Source of the DNA: Hyphomicrobiaceae bacterium
GTDB taxonomy: Bacteria > Pseudomonadota > Alphaproteobacteria > Rhizobiales > Hyphomicrobiaceae
Length of the DNA stretch: 64,000 nt
Reading direction: 5' to 3'
Assembly (NCBI GenBank): GCA_041397805.1
Contig: JAWKWD010000017.1
Coordinates: forward strand, 8,234-72,233
The notes beneath the pieces are model-generated. The model was not told where the DNA came from, did no database searches, and was given only the letters and a program-made list of their open reading frames with translations. Below, piece by piece: positions 1 through 10,483 of this stretch; positions within the stretch are counted from its first letter, which is position 1; the number at the start of each line of letters is the position of its first letter. A program made the position numbers and the translations under genes.

Positions 1-1
1 C

Positions 2-343
2 TTGCCCCGGTTGCTGCTCGTTGTGCCGGCTCGCATCGTGGCCAGCCCGAGAAGAACAGTGCCCGCGGTGGATCCGACCGGACTGCTTGTCGTCGCTGCC
101 GTCGCCAGCCGCACTCCAGCGGACGTCGCAATGGTCCGCGTGCAAGGAGAGGGGCCAGGCAGCCTCGCGCCTGCTTCCCAACCCGACGACGAGGCTGCTG
201 CTCTTGTGGCAGCCCTCGCGGCACGCGTGCTCTCGGCCGAGCTGGACCTGTCGGGAGCCCGCCTGCGAGCCCGTATTCTGGCCCTTGCCGAGCCTGGTCC
301 GGACGGCATTCCACAGTTGAACAACAGGGTCCGCGCACCATGA
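2..343 (+). CDS. Possible 3' end of a CDS running in from upstream (hypothetical, Ala/Leu/Pro-rich)
   Basis: Open frame from the window edge to a TGA at 341-343. No family recognised; could be a GC-driven spurious ORF. Confidence 0.2.
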   Translation: MPRLLLVVPARIVASPRRTVPAVDPTGLLVVAAVASRTPADVAMVRVQGEGPGSLAPASQPDDEAAALVAALAARVLSAELDLSGARLRARILALAEPGPDGIPQLNNRVRAP

Positions 344-460
344 CTGCGAATTGGGCAAGATGCCTGGAAAACTGGCTTGCTTGCAGCCCTCGTTTCCGGC
401 CAGCTCGAGTTTCGGGCGTTCGTGTCGGTCGGAAGTGTCCGGTGCACCGGAGAAGCTGCA

Positions 461-805
461 ATGGGCGACAGGGTCGAGGTCAGCCGGCTCGTGAGGGGAC
501 CGCGTGCACCCTGGTTTCGCGGCCGGCGTCCGCCGGAGATTATTGCTTGGGGGCTGGCAGAGGCTCCCACCGCCGGGATCGGGCATAACAACGGCCCGCC
601 GCTGGAGGAGCCTGTCAACGACGCCTTCGTGCGCTACCGCTGGCGCAAAGCGCACGCACAGGCGTGGAAGAACCCTTCGATGTCGATTTTGCGCTTCCGC
701 GTCGCCCGCGCCGAGGCGGCCGGAGTCACGTACGAGGAGTATGTGAGCGAGCTTCTGGATACTGGCCGCCATCTCCAGAAGGGTGACAAGCCCCCATCCC
801 CGTAG
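461..805 (+). CDS. Hypothetical protein (114 aa)
   Basis: ATG at 461 preceded by GGAGAAG about 6 nt upstream. C-terminal part (FVRYRWRKAH..SILRFRVARAEAAGVTYEEYVSELLDTGR) looks like a folded small protein. No family assigned. Confidence 0.4.
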   Translation: MGDRVEVSRLVRGPRAPWFRGRRPPEIIAWGLAEAPTAGIGHNNGPPLEEPVNDAFVRYRWRKAHAQAWKNPSMSILRFRVARAEAAGVTYEEYVSELLDTGRHLQKGDKPPSP

Positions 806-852
806 CCGACGAGTTGAGGCAGGTCCGCTGTTCGTCGGCAGCAGTCCCGCAC

Positions 853-2223
853 CTACTCGGCCGCCGTGTCGGTCGAGCCGTCAGCGGCTGTCGAGACGCC
901 GTTCGTGTCCCACGGAATCTCTTCCTCGCGCTTGTCGATCAGCTTTCTGTAGGGCAGTGCGAACTTGAGGCTGGTCTCGCCCATCTGGCGCTTGAACTGG
1001 ATCGTCCGGATCATCTCCCGGATGCGCGGCTGGATCTCGGTGCGCCAGCGCGTGCCGTTGAAGACGCCGTAATGCCCGACCCCGGGCTGGACGTAATGAT
1101 AACGCTCATCGATCGCGACGTTCGGGCAAAGGTCGTGCGCCGCATCCGTCTGGCCGAGACCGCAGATGTCGTCGCGCTCGCCCTCGATGGTGAGCAGTGC
1201 TGTCTTGCGGATCGCCGAGCAGTCGACGATTTCGCCGCGGTGGCGCATCCGCTTGTCAGGTAGGTCGTGCTTCTGGAAGACGGTCTCGACCGTCTGCAGA
1301 TAGAACTCCGCAGTAAGGTCCATGACCGCGAGGTACTCGTCGTAGAAGCGAGAGTGAGCCTCCACCGAATCGCAGTCGCCCTTCACCAGGTTACGAAAGA
1401 GCTCGACGTGCGCGGTCGTGTGCCGGTCGAGGTTCATGGTCATGAACCCCGTCAGCTGGATGAACCCGGGGTACACTTTCCGCATCATGCCGGCATTCGG
1501 AAACGGCACGAAGTTGATGACGTTGCGCTGGAACCATTCGATGGGGCGCTTGCGCGCCAGCTCATTGACGGCAGTCGGATTGCGCCGCGTATCGATCGGG
1601 CCGCCCATCAATGTAAGCGAGGCGGGCTGGCATGGGCTGTCACGCTGGGCCATCACGGCGGTCGCGGCAAGCGCGGGCACCGAGGGCTGGCACACCGCGA
1701 TGACGTGCGTGTTGGGGCCGAGGAACTCGACGAACTCGATGATGTAGTCGATGAAGTCGTCGAGATCGAAGCTGCCAAGCGCGAGCGGCACGTCGCGCGC
1801 GTCCTTCCAGTCCGTGATGTAGACGTTGTGTTCCTGGATCATGGCATCGACGGTGCCACGAAGCAGCGTCGCGTAATGGCCCGACATCGGCGCGATCAGA
1901 AGCACCTTGGGGTCGTACCGCTTGCCGATAACCTTCTCGTCCCGATTGAAATGCAGCAAATCGCAGAACGTCTTCTCGAGAACCACCTCTTCGGTCACCG
2001 GCACGGGGAAGCCGTGGACGCGCGTCTCGCTGATGCCGAACTCCGGCTTGCCGTAGCGCCGCGTGACCATGTCGAACAGTTCGCAGGCGGCCGAAATGTT
2101 CTTGCCGACGTATGTATGCCCGAACGGATTGAACGGCAGGTCCAGCGTCCGCTTCACGCTCTTGGCCGCTAAGCGCAGCGGCATCGCCATGGCATGTGCC
2201 GCTTCGTAGGCATAGTACTGCAT
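853..2223 (-). CDS. phaZ: Intracellular polyhydroxyalkanoate (PHB) depolymerase PhaZ
   Basis: About 456 aa. N-terminus MQYYAYEAAHAMAMPLR is typical of intracellular PhaZ. Length and overall similarity to the PHB depolymerase family recognised by eye. Start moved to the internal ATG at 2223. Confidence 0.8.
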   Translation of the reverse strand: MQYYAYEAAHAMAMPLRLAAKSVKRTLDLPFNPFGHTYVGKNISAACELFDMVTRRYGKPEFGISETRVHGFPVPVTEEVVLEKTFCDLLHFNRDEKVIGKRYDPKVLLIAPMSGHYATLLRGTVDAMIQEHNVYITDWKDARDVPLALGSFDLDDFIDYIIEFVEFLGPNTHVIAVCQPSVPALAATAVMAQRDSPCQPASLTLMGGPIDTRRNPTAVNELARKRPIEWFQRNVINFVPFPNAGMMRKVYPGFIQLTGFMTMNLDRHTTAHVELFRNLVKGDCDSVEAHSRFYDEYLAVMDLTAEFYLQTVETVFQKHDLPDKRMRHRGEIVDCSAIRKTALLTIEGERDDICGLGQTDAAHDLCPNVAIDERYHYVQPGVGHYGVFNGTRWRTEIQPRIREMIRTIQFKRQMGETSLKFALPYRKLIDKREEEIPWDTNGVSTAADGSTDTAAE

Positions 2224-2459
2224 GTCGACCCCGCGCGAGTCGGTTGTCATAAAGTTGCTGCATTGCAGCATGGCGCGGCCGAGTTAACAAGTCGGATTTC
2301 TATGCTTCCGCGATGTTCCCCTAAAAGCTGTATTGCCTGAAAAGCGCGCAGCTTCCGCTCTTTGCCATGCTGTCCTGGTCCCTTGCCGAGGATCAATGGA
2401 GCGCTCCGGCTCTTGTGGCACAGCAAGCCTGACGAGGCTCCAATGGCGTGGAGGCACAC

Positions 2460-3032
2460 ATGTCACGGATTGCGGTCATCGTAGGCCACCCTCGCCAAGG
2501 CACGTATTGCGATGCGCTGGCAGAGGCTTATGCAACCGGCGCCCGCTCGGCCGGCCATCAGGTCGAGGTCCTGAAGACCGCTCGGATGACGTTCGATCCC
2601 ATCCTGCGAGAGGCCTATGTCAGGGCCCAGCCCCTGGAGCCCGACCTTGCCGATGCCCATCGTGCCATCATGGCGGCCGACCACCTCGTCATCGTCTTCC
2701 CGCTTTGGCTCGGCGCCATGCCGGCTCTCTTGAAGGGCTTCTTCGAGCGGCTTCTACAGCCGGATTTGATCGAGCCGCATCGCGCCGGCAAGTTCGTCCA
2801 GCTCCTGAGGGGAAAATCCGCGCGGGTGATCATGACGATGGGAATGCCCGGCATCGTCTATCGTTGGTGGTACGGTGCCCACGCGCTCCAGGCCCTGAAG
2901 CGCAACGTCCTCGAGTTCATGGGCGTCTCGCCTGTGCGCTCGTCGCTCTTCGGGATGATCGAGACCGTGAGCGCCGAGAAGCGCCGCGAGTGGCTCGACG
3001 AGGTCGAGGCGCTGGGCCGCGAGGCAGCTTGA
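2460..3032 (+). CDS. NAD(P)H-dependent oxidoreductase, flavodoxin-like fold (NQO1/KefG-type quinone reductase)
   Basis: MSRIAVIVGHPRQGTYCDALAEAY... and HLVIVFPLWLGAMPALLKGFFERL are typical of Flavodoxin_2 family quinone reductases. GGAGG sits 5 nt before the ATG at 2460. Confidence 0.75.
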   Translation: MSRIAVIVGHPRQGTYCDALAEAYATGARSAGHQVEVLKTARMTFDPILREAYVRAQPLEPDLADAHRAIMAADHLVIVFPLWLGAMPALLKGFFERLLQPDLIEPHRAGKFVQLLRGKSARVIMTMGMPGIVYRWWYGAHALQALKRNVLEFMGVSPVRSSLFGMIETVSAEKRREWLDEVEALGREAA

Positions 3033-3092
3033 CGGGGAGTTTTCGGCTCGGGCGGAACGCTCTGCGAGAAGCGACTCCGCCCTTGGCTCCCC

Positions 3093-4217
3093 TCAGCGGC
3101 GCCGGAAGGTGAGTAGCCCGCCCACGTCCCTGTGGCGCTCGGCACTACCCGTCTCGAGCAGGTAATGCGCATGCGCCAGCGTCTCGGCGAACGCGTGGCG
3201 CCCCTGGCCCTCGGCAACGGGCTTCGGGAAGAGGCCGCGCGCCAGCGCCATGGTGGTCGATGGTGCCGCCATCAGGCCGAGCAGCGTCGTCAGCCGTACC
3301 TCGTGGTGATAGGCGAGTTCCTCGACGCGGACGCGCAATCCATGGAACGGCAATCCGTGCGAGGGGAGCACCAGCGCGTCGGCGGGAAGGTGGCGAAACC
3401 GATCGAGCGATGCGAGGTATTCCGCAAGCGGGTTGGCCTCCGGTTCCTGCGGGAACACGCCGATCATTGGCGAGATCTTCGACAGCACCTGATCCCCCGC
3501 GATGAGGATCTTTTCCTCCGCACACCAGAACGAGGCATGCGCTGCGGCATGGCCGCCGCAGATCATCACCTCCCATTTGCGCCCGCCGAACCGTACCGTG
3601 GCCCCGTCGCGCAATTGAATGAATTCCTCCGGCAGCGCCCCCATGTACGTCCGCGTGCGGATCCGCTCCTCGCCGAACGAGGCGATGGTGTCCGGGTCGC
3701 ACCCGTGCTGTTCGAGAAACTGGATGGCGCACGGCCCGAGTGGCGACTTGGCCTCCTCGACGCGGAGCTGGGCGGAGAGCCATTCGGTGAGCGTGATGTG
3801 ATAAGGCACGCCCCCGGAGCGGTCGAACAGCCATCCGGCGAGACCCACATGATCCGTGTGACCGTGCGTCGCTACGAGGCGTACGATCGGTGCCCCCGAA
3901 AGCGGCCCGGCGAGCAGTTGGTCCCAGACAGCCCGTGCCTGGTCGTCCGAAGTGCCCGTGTCGACGATCGTCCAGCCGTCGTGCTCACGCATCAGCCAGA
4001 CATTGACGTGGTTCAGCCGAAAGGGGAGGGGGATCCGGGCCCAAAGGATGCCGGGCGCCACTTCGATGGTCTCGGCGCCGACTGGGTGTTGCTCGTAGAG
4101 ATAGCGTATCGAGCGGGGATGGTCGCGCACCTCGAGGTCGGTCAAGGCGTCGCCGTTGCCCCTGAACTCGGCGTCGGTCGCGGCGTTACCCTGGCCCGTG
4201 TCTCGCGTGCTGTGCAT
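3093..4217 (-). CDS. MBL-fold metallo-hydrolase
   Basis: HGHTDHVG metal-binding motif (HxHxDH) and later GHAAAH/SHG motifs. 374 aa. Confidence 0.8.
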   Translation of the reverse strand: MHSTRDTGQGNAATDAEFRGNGDALTDLEVRDHPRSIRYLYEQHPVGAETIEVAPGILWARIPLPFRLNHVNVWLMREHDGWTIVDTGTSDDQARAVWDQLLAGPLSGAPIVRLVATHGHTDHVGLAGWLFDRSGGVPYHITLTEWLSAQLRVEEAKSPLGPCAIQFLEQHGCDPDTIASFGEERIRTRTYMGALPEEFIQLRDGATVRFGGRKWEVMICGGHAAAHASFWCAEEKILIAGDQVLSKISPMIGVFPQEPEANPLAEYLASLDRFRHLPADALVLPSHGLPFHGLRVRVEELAYHHEVRLTTLLGLMAAPSTTMALARGLFPKPVAEGQGRHAFAETLAHAHYLLETGSAERHRDVGGLLTFRRR

Positions 4218-4431
4218 CGGCCTCTCTCCTTGGCGCCCCTTGTCCGGACAGGCTCTTACCGCAGCGCACCAAGATTGGCTACCTCGCGCGGCCGTTAACG
4301 TGACGGGCGCCCTTGTCCGCGACCGGCACTTCGGCTATGAACGCCACTTTCCACATGGATGCCCGTCCGGCCGGTGGCGCCACCGCTCGTCGACGCGTCC
4401 GGCCGCGAGCCACCAGGAAAGGGCGAGCCCC

Positions 4432-4656
4432 ATGAAGACCACTGAGGATTTTCATCCCGACTACCACATGGTCAAGGTCGTGATGACGGACGGCACCGAG
4501 TTCCAGACCTACTCGACCTTCGGCAAGGAAGGCGACGTCATCACCCTCGACATCGATCCCCGCACGCATCCCGCGTGGACCGGTGGCAACCAGCAGGTGA
4601 TGGACCGCGGCGGTCGCGTCTCGCGCTTCAAGAAGAAGTTCGAAGGGCTCTTCTGA
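4432..4656 (+). CDS. rpmE: 50S ribosomal protein L31
   Basis: [24 protein letters not shown]...RVSRFKKKF is clearly L31-like. 74 aa. The upstream part of the longer ORF was rejected. Confidence 0.9.
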   Translation: MKTTEDFHPDYHMVKVVMTDGTEFQTYSTFGKEGDVITLDIDPRTHPAWTGGNQQVMDRGGRVSRFKKKFEGLF

Positions 4657-4691
4657 TCCGTCGCCGCGCGACGCCCTCCGCAGACATGATG

Positions 4692-4720
4692 AAGGCCGCC
4701 CCGGGGTCCGGTGCGGCCTT
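4692..4720. terminator. Stem-loop between convergent rpmE and the rcdA-like gene (possible bidirectional terminator)
   Basis: AAGGCCGC (4692-4699) and GCGGCCTT (4713-4720) form an 8-bp stem with a 13-nt loop, followed by TTCGCATTTAT. Confidence 0.4.
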
Positions 4721-4772
4721 CGCATTTATGTCACGGCTGGCGCCCGTCGACGGATGCCCAGCGAGCCTTGGC

Positions 4773-5312
4773 TCAGCCGCTGGCCACGCGCCTTGGAGCG
4801 GCAAAAGCCGCCGAAAGGCGATCCACCTGCTCGGCGACGGGGTTCGGCACGATGTCGCTGACCACCGGTTCCGGCCGCTCGAGAGCGCGGTCCAGAAGCA
4901 CGATCCGGTCGTGCAGCGCGAAGCTCGCGGAGATCAGCTCCTTCAGCTTGTCTGGAAGGCTTGCGAATTCCCTCACGTGCTCGGGCCGACCGATGGCCGT
5001 GAGCTTGAGACGCCGCCGCTTGACCTGCGCCTCCTCGAGTGTGATCTCGCCGGCTTTGAGCGCCCGCCGGATCACCAGCCAGGAGGCCAGCTCCAGAAGC
5101 CGCGTCGTTAACCGCATGCTCTCCGAAGCGTAAAGCACGCTCGCCGTTGCTCCGACGGCCTTGGCATCGCGCCGACCCTGGCCTTCAAGATAGTTGGCGG
5201 TCGCCTCGACAAGCGACATGCCCTCGCGGAACACCTGATCGAACTGCTGCGAGGACGCAAATCTCTCCGCGAAGCAGATTGTCTCGCCAATCCCCGTTCC
5301 CACGCTACCCAC
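4773..5312 (-). CDS. rcdA: DUF1465 family protein (regulator of CtrA degradation, RcdA-like)
   Basis: LYASESMRLTTRLLELASWLVIRRALKAGEIT matches the conserved core of DUF1465/RcdA proteins of alphaproteobacteria. Confidence 0.65.
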   Translation of the reverse strand: MGSVGTGIGETICFAERFASSQQFDQVFREGMSLVEATANYLEGQGRRDAKAVGATASVLYASESMRLTTRLLELASWLVIRRALKAGEITLEEAQVKRRRLKLTAIGRPEHVREFASLPDKLKELISASFALHDRIVLLDRALERPEPVVSDIVPNPVAEQVDRLSAAFAAPRRVASG

Positions 5313-5460
5313 TGCTCACCTCACACCTTGACCATGGCCCGAACGGGGCACCGATTGGATTACTCGTCCTCGACGCTCCTGTGAAGGGGAGGATCGCCGA
5401 GAGGGGTTAAGGAGCTGTCTCGAAATGAGCACTCCGAATACGGGATTTCTGAGGCATCGG

Positions 5461-5488
5461 AAAAAATAGAGCCGCCCGGAGGCGGCTC
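5461..5488 (-). terminator. Rho-independent terminator (minus strand)
   Basis: GAGCCGCC-CGGA-GGCGGCTC is a perfect 8-bp GC stem (5469-5488). On the minus strand it is followed by TATTTTTT (5461-5468). Confidence 0.55.
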
Positions 5489-5669
5489 GTGAAGTCAAAC
5501 AGGGAGGCGTCAAACAGAGTGGTCAGGAGCCACTCGAATCCAGGAAGTCTGGATGAGCACCACCCTACGCCTGCAAGGTAAACGCGCACTTAATGGCAAA
5601 CGGATCGTTGCCAGCACCGGCTTAAGCTTTGCCAGCGCGGAACAGGGCTCGCGCCGGGCACCGGCGTGC

Positions 5670-5861
5670 TCATGAATTCTTGAACAGAGCGCTTGCCGCC
5701 GCCGTGTGCGCCTTCTTCGCGGCGATCTCGGCCTTGATGCGCACGATCTCCTGCTCGAGCGCCGCCACGCGGGCTTCGAGCTCTCCGACCGACAATCGCG
5801 CGAGCGGCTCGCCGACCGTGATCGCGCGCTGCTGTTTCGCCTGTGCTTCGTCCCAGTCCAT
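5670..5861 (-). CDS. DUF1192 family protein (short coiled-coil)
   Basis: MDWDEAQAKQQRAITVGEPLARLSVGELEARVAALEQEIVRIKAEI is the typical DUF1192 pattern (LSVxELxxRIxxLxxEI). Internal ATG at 5861 chosen as start. Confidence 0.6.
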   Translation of the reverse strand: MDWDEAQAKQQRAITVGEPLARLSVGELEARVAALEQEIVRIKAEIAAKKAHTAAASALFKNS

Positions 5862-5995
5862 CCGAGCCTCCGCGATCGGGTTGGCTGCCCGAGGAAAGCA
5901 CGCCGCTCCGCTTGTCTCAAGCCGCGCCGCAGGGCACACAAGCAGAAACGCCGCCGCGCGCTCGGCCTCTGGCCTGCGCGCGCCCAAGCTGGAGC

Positions 5996-7000
5996 ATGCC
6001 CATGACTGCGCTTCCAACGACCATGACCGCCGTCGCCATCGACGGAAAGGGCGGCCCGGAGGTGCTGGTACCGCGTGAGGTTCCGGTCCCCAGGCCCGGA
6101 TCGGGCCAGATCCTGGTCAAGGTTGCGGCCGCCGGCGTCAACCGGCCGGATGTGCAACAGCGCATGGGCGCCTACCCGCCGCCCCCCGGACATTCCCCCT
6201 TGCCCGGCCTCGAGATTGCCGGAGAGGTCGCGGAAGTCGGAGACAAGGTCACGCGCTGGCGCCCTGGCGACAAGGTTTGTGCACTCGTCAATGGCGGCGG
6301 CTACGCCCCCTACTGCGTCGCGGAGGACGTCCAGGTCCTTCCCGTCCCTTCCGGGATCACCATGGTCGAGGCGGCAGGCTTGCCCGAAACGGTCTTCACG
6401 GTCTGGAACAATGTCTTCGAGCGCGGGCGGCTCGCTCCCGGCGAGTGGTTCCTCGTCCATGGCGGCACGAGCGGCATCGGCACCACCGCGATCCAGATGG
6501 CCAAGGGCTTCGGCGCCCGCGTCATTGCCACCGCCGGTAGCGCCGACAAGGTAGCCTTCTGCAAGAGCCTCGGTGCCGATGTCGCGATCGACTACCGCAC
6601 CCAGGACTTCGTGAAGGAGGTCCGCGAGGCGACCGGTGGGCGCGGCGTCGACGTGGTTCTCGACATGGTCGGTGGCGACTACACGGAGAAGAACATCGTC
6701 GCTGCCGCCGAGGATGGCCGCATCGTCCAGATCGCGGCCCTTGGCGGCGCCGAGGCGAAGATCAATGTCGCCCGCCTGATGATGAAGCGCGTCACCTTGA
6801 CCGGCTCGACCCTTCGCCCCCGCACGCGCGACGTGAAGGCCCGCTTCGCGCGCGACATCGAGGCCCGCGTCTGGCCATTGATCGACGCCGGCCGCCTCAA
6901 GGTCGTCGTCGATTCCGAGTTTCCGTTCGCCGCCGCGGCCGACGCCCACCGGCGCATGGAGACGAGCCAGCACATCGGCAAGATCGTTCTCGTCGTATGA
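5996..7000 (+). CDS. qor: NAD(P)H:quinone oxidoreductase (zinc-independent MDR family, PIG3/Qor type)
   Basis: ILVKVAAAGVNRPDVQQRMGAYPPPPG..PGLEIAGEV and the WFLVHGGTSGIGTTAIQ Rossmann motif. 334 aa from the ATG at 5996. Confidence 0.85.
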   Translation: MPMTALPTTMTAVAIDGKGGPEVLVPREVPVPRPGSGQILVKVAAAGVNRPDVQQRMGAYPPPPGHSPLPGLEIAGEVAEVGDKVTRWRPGDKVCALVNGGGYAPYCVAEDVQVLPVPSGITMVEAAGLPETVFTVWNNVFERGRLAPGEWFLVHGGTSGIGTTAIQMAKGFGARVIATAGSADKVAFCKSLGADVAIDYRTQDFVKEVREATGGRGVDVVLDMVGGDYTEKNIVAAAEDGRIVQIAALGGAEAKINVARLMMKRVTLTGSTLRPRTRDVKARFARDIEARVWPLIDAGRLKVVVDSEFPFAAAADAHRRMETSQHIGKIVLVV

Positions 7001-7305
7001 GGCATCCGGAATTCCCGGGCAAAGCAAGTTGGGAGTGTCCGTCGGCGCAGGCCCGCTGCAGGCCGGGGGAGCGGTTATGAGATCGCCGTGGTCACAGGTG
7101 GCGGCGGATTGGATTTCGGCGCCTTCAGGCCGAACCGGGCTGGCATATCGCGGCTTCTGGGAGCCGCAACGCCCGCAGTTTCAGCGGCTTCGACGCGTTG
7201 CGGCCGACGCAGAGATCCTCCGCTTGCGAACGCCGCTCGAATCCAATGTGGACGTGCGAGGCTGAGTTGGTGATTGCGACGGTAGGCTCTATGCAGTGAG
7301 GTGAA

Positions 7306-8823
7306 ATGTCTTTGCGGCCGGAGATACACGAGGAGATCGGCGTCGGTCGCCGCTATCTCATCTTGTTCTCGTGCGTGTTGACCGTTGCCCTCTACTTCAC
7401 CTCGATCCTGGTTGCCTCCACGGTCCTGCCGCAGATGCAGGGCTCGTTCTCGGCGACCCCCGACGAGATCTCCTGGTCGGTGACCTTCAACATCCTCGCA
7501 ACGGCCATCGCCATGCCGATGACCGGCTGGTTGGTCGCCCGATTCGGCCGCTCGACGGTGATGATCTGGTCGACAGCCATTTTCGCCGTCAGCATGATCC
7601 TATGTGGTCAGGCCTCCTCCACCGAGGAACTGGTGCTTTGGCGCATCGTGCAGGGGGCGGCAGGCGCGCCGAGCGTACCCCTCGTGCAAACGATCCTGCT
7701 TGATGTCTTTCCTCCGCGGCAGCACCGCATGGTGCTCGGCATGTACGGCATGGGTGTTACGCTTGGGCCGATCATCGGCCCCGCTCTCGGCGGTTACCTG
7801 GCCGAGCTGGCCACCTGGCGCTGGGCCTTTTACGTCCTTTTCCCGGTCGGTACCGTGGCCATGCTTGGCCTATCGGCCTCCCTTCCGCGCGACGGGAAGA
7901 AGGGCCCCCTTTATTTGAGCTGGACTGGTTTCCTGCTTCTCTCCGTATCGATCGGTGCCTTTCAGTGGATGCTGGCGCGGGGGCAGCGCCTCGACTGGTT
8001 CCAGTCTGTTGAGATCCAGCTGTCGTTGGCGGTCAGCCTGCTCACACTCTACCTGTTCATCGCCCACAGCCTGACGGTCTCGCGACCGTTCCTCGATCTG
8101 CGCCTGCTCCTCAATCGCAATTATCTCTTCGGCATCCTGCTGATCACCGCATTCGGCATGCTGAATTTCACGCCGATGGTGCTCTTGCCGACCTTGATGC
8201 GCGTTCACCTCGGTTTTCCCGATGCGCTCGTCGGGCAGGTGATCGGCTCGCGCGGTGTGGGCGGACTCGTCGGCTTCTTTGCGGTGATCTTCATGTCGCG
8301 CCTCGATCCGCGCGCCACGATTGCGATCGGATTTCTTCTGCAGGCGCTGGCGGGCTATGGCCTGATGCAGATGGACGTCAACGTATCGGCTTGGCAGCTC
8401 GAGCTGAACGGTATGGTGCAGGGCTTGTCGAGTGGCATTCTCGTCGTCGCGCTGACGCTGGTGTCCTTCGACGGCATCCCACGCGAGAAGATGCCCGAAG
8501 CCCTGTCGCTCTATCACCTGCTCCGTAACATTGGTGCCAGCTTCTTCATCTCTCTGTCGGTAGCCGAGGTCATCCGCCACACGGGCATCAACTACGCCCA
8601 ACTGTCGGAGCACGTCAGCCCTTACAACCGATCCCTCGAGCTGCCGTGGGTCACCGGACTCTGGGAGGTCGGAACGGCGCCGAGCCTGCAGCGCCTGAGC
8701 CGCGAGATCACGCGCCAATCGGCCATGATCGCCTACATCAACACATTCGGCCTTTTCACGGTGGTGTCCGCGGCAGCAGTTCCGCTGGTCATCATGCTCA
8801 GGCGACCGCAGAAGGCGGCGTGA
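7306..8823 (+). CDS. MFS transporter, DHA2 (EmrB/QacA-like, 14-TMS) drug efflux family
   Basis: 505 aa, many hydrophobic spans, DHA2-like N-terminal motifs (LPQMQGSFSATPDEISWSVTFNILATAIAMPMTGWL). Confidence 0.8.
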   Translation: MSLRPEIHEEIGVGRRYLILFSCVLTVALYFTSILVASTVLPQMQGSFSATPDEISWSVTFNILATAIAMPMTGWLVARFGRSTVMIWSTAIFAVSMILCGQASSTEELVLWRIVQGAAGAPSVPLVQTILLDVFPPRQHRMVLGMYGMGVTLGPIIGPALGGYLAELATWRWAFYVLFPVGTVAMLGLSASLPRDGKKGPLYLSWTGFLLLSVSIGAFQWMLARGQRLDWFQSVEIQLSLAVSLLTLYLFIAHSLTVSRPFLDLRLLLNRNYLFGILLITAFGMLNFTPMVLLPTLMRVHLGFPDALVGQVIGSRGVGGLVGFFAVIFMSRLDPRATIAIGFLLQALAGYGLMQMDVNVSAWQLELNGMVQGLSSGILVVALTLVSFDGIPREKMPEALSLYHLLRNIGASFFISLSVAEVIRHTGINYAQLSEHVSPYNRSLELPWVTGLWEVGTAPSLQRLSREITRQSAMIAYINTFGLFTVVSAAAVPLVIMLRRPQKAA

Positions 8824-8898
8824 GCGATCAATGAGAACTGTGCGGTTCGCCCACCAAGCCCCGCCCAGGTCCGTTGCCGCGCCAGGAGTCCAAGGGCT

Positions 8899-9534
8899 CT
8901 AGAGAGGCCGGGCGAGCTCCTTCAAGCCCCGTCGGATCAGTTTCGCCGTATCGGCATCCTCGCCGAGCTCTCCGCCCGCGGTCGCGACGGCGGCAGCCGC
9001 CTGTTGCGGCGGATACCCGAGATTGACCAGTGCAGAGATCGCCTCGGCCGCGGCGCTGTGGGTCAGGCTCGCCGCTACCCCACTGTTCGCAGCGGGCTTG
9101 CTCGTGACGGGTACGTTGAGCCCCGCCATCGTGAGCGCCGGGGCCTTGTCCTTGAGTTCGAGCACGATGCGCTGAGCAAGCTTCTTTCCGACGCCAGGCG
9201 TCGCCTCCACCGCGCCCCAGTTGCCGAGCGCGATGGCCGAGGCGAGATCGTGCGGAGAGAGCGTGCCCAGCACGCTGAGCGCCACCTTCGAGCCGACTCC
9301 CTGGATCTGCTGCAAGATGCGGAACCAGGCGCGCTCCACCTCGCTGCGGAAGCCGAACAGTCTGATGGCATCCTCCCGCACGTGCGTATCGATCGTCAGT
9401 GAGATGTCTTGGCCAAGCTCCAGTCCGCGCAATGTTCGTGCGGAGCACTGCACCTCGTACCCGACGCCGTTGACGTCGATGATGGCGTGAGCCTCGCCGA
9501 CCGCGTCCACCTTGCCTCTGAGTTTGCCGATCAT
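8899..9534 (-). CDS. ruvA: Holliday junction branch migration complex subunit RuvA
   Basis: MIGKLRGKVD...VNGVGYEV N-terminus, HhH region GVGKKLAQRIVLELKDK. 211 aa. Confidence 0.95.
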   Translation of the reverse strand: MIGKLRGKVDAVGEAHAIIDVNGVGYEVQCSARTLRGLELGQDISLTIDTHVREDAIRLFGFRSEVERAWFRILQQIQGVGSKVALSVLGTLSPHDLASAIALGNWGAVEATPGVGKKLAQRIVLELKDKAPALTMAGLNVPVTSKPAANSGVAASLTHSAAAEAISALVNLGYPPQQAAAAVATAGGELGEDADTAKLIRRGLKELARPL

Positions 9535-9692
9535 GTGGACCTCCGTGAAAGGCCGAGCGGAGGAAGCTGAGGGCAGAGGAAGTAGGCAGCTTCGGCTGGG
9601 CCTCGAGAGAACATGACGCCGGTTTCCCTGCGCCGACCCGAGGAGGGATGCGATTGCCTATAGCCCAGCCTGAGTTGCCTACTTCCTCCGAC

Positions 9693-10241
9693 CTAAGTTC
9701 TTCGCCCCGCTGTTGCCGTTTGTCCGCCGCCCCCGGCTGCCGCGAGACGTGCCGCCGGGCTCGATCTGTGGTTTGCGTGGCAGATTGCGATGGCCAATGC
9801 GTCGGCTTCGTCGGCGGATTCGAACTTCGCCTTCGGCAGCAGCATCGAGACCATCATCTGGATCTGGCGCTTCTCGGCATGTCCGGCCCCGACCACCGTC
9901 TTCTTGATCAGATTGGGCGGGTACTCGGCGATCCTGAGCCCTTTCATGGCAGGCGCGAGGAGGGCCATGCCGCGAGCCTGGCCGAGCTTGAGCGTGGCCC
10001 GGGCGTTTTCGTTGACGAACGTTTCCTCGACGGCTGCCTCCAGCGGTCGCCATGCCGCCAGCACTTCGGCAAGCCCTTCGTACAGCTCGCGCAGCCTGTA
10101 GGCGAGGTCGCTGTCGCTGCTCGACATGATATGCCCGCTCGCCACATAGACGAGCCGCACGCCGTCGGTCTCGATGACACCCCACCCGGTACGCCGGAGC
10201 CCGGGATCTATGCCGATGATGCGAATCGCTGCGCCCTTCAT
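9693..10241 (-). CDS. ruvC: Crossover junction endodeoxyribonuclease RuvC
   Basis: [19 protein letters not shown] catalytic N-terminus and [11 protein letters not shown] near the C-terminus. Confidence 0.95.
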   Translation of the reverse strand: MKGAAIRIIGIDPGLRRTGWGVIETDGVRLVYVASGHIMSSSDSDLAYRLRELYEGLAEVLAAWRPLEAAVEETFVNENARATLKLGQARGMALLAPAMKGLRIAEYPPNLIKKTVVGAGHAEKRQIQMMVSMLLPKAKFESADEADALAIAICHANHRSSPAARLAAAGGGGQTATAGRRT

Positions 10242-10483
10242 GCGCTCGCGGTAGCACGCCGCTCCGCCGTTCGCTGCTGCGTCGTGAACTGAGTCGGGGA
10301 TAAACCGTGCGCGTTAGCGCGAGCGGATTGGAAGGCCGCCGCTTTTGGCCTGCAGCTGCTGGCAGCGGATGGTCTGAACTTCGCCACACGGGCGAATTCG
10401 TCAGAGCTGGCGCGCTCTGTGTCTTCGGAAGTGCGCTTCAGGCGCGCGTCGAATCGCGGCGTGCGGGATCCGAGGTCGGAAAC

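Noticed and set aside
5510-7027. 505-aa ORF on the minus strand, antisense to qor. The same pattern occurs in many other long ORFs, e.g. 1267-2172(+), 7870-8718(-), 15070-16122(-), 21060-22340(-), 25683-26864(-), 32968-34185(+), 41429-42238(-), 49089-50231(-), 52460-53617(+), 53241-54680(-), 55996-57108(+) and 57738-59438(+).
   Set aside because: All lie opposite or out of frame to genes with clear family signatures. Their translations are Arg/Ala/Gly/Pro-rich low-complexity strings typical of shadow ORFs in high-GC DNA.
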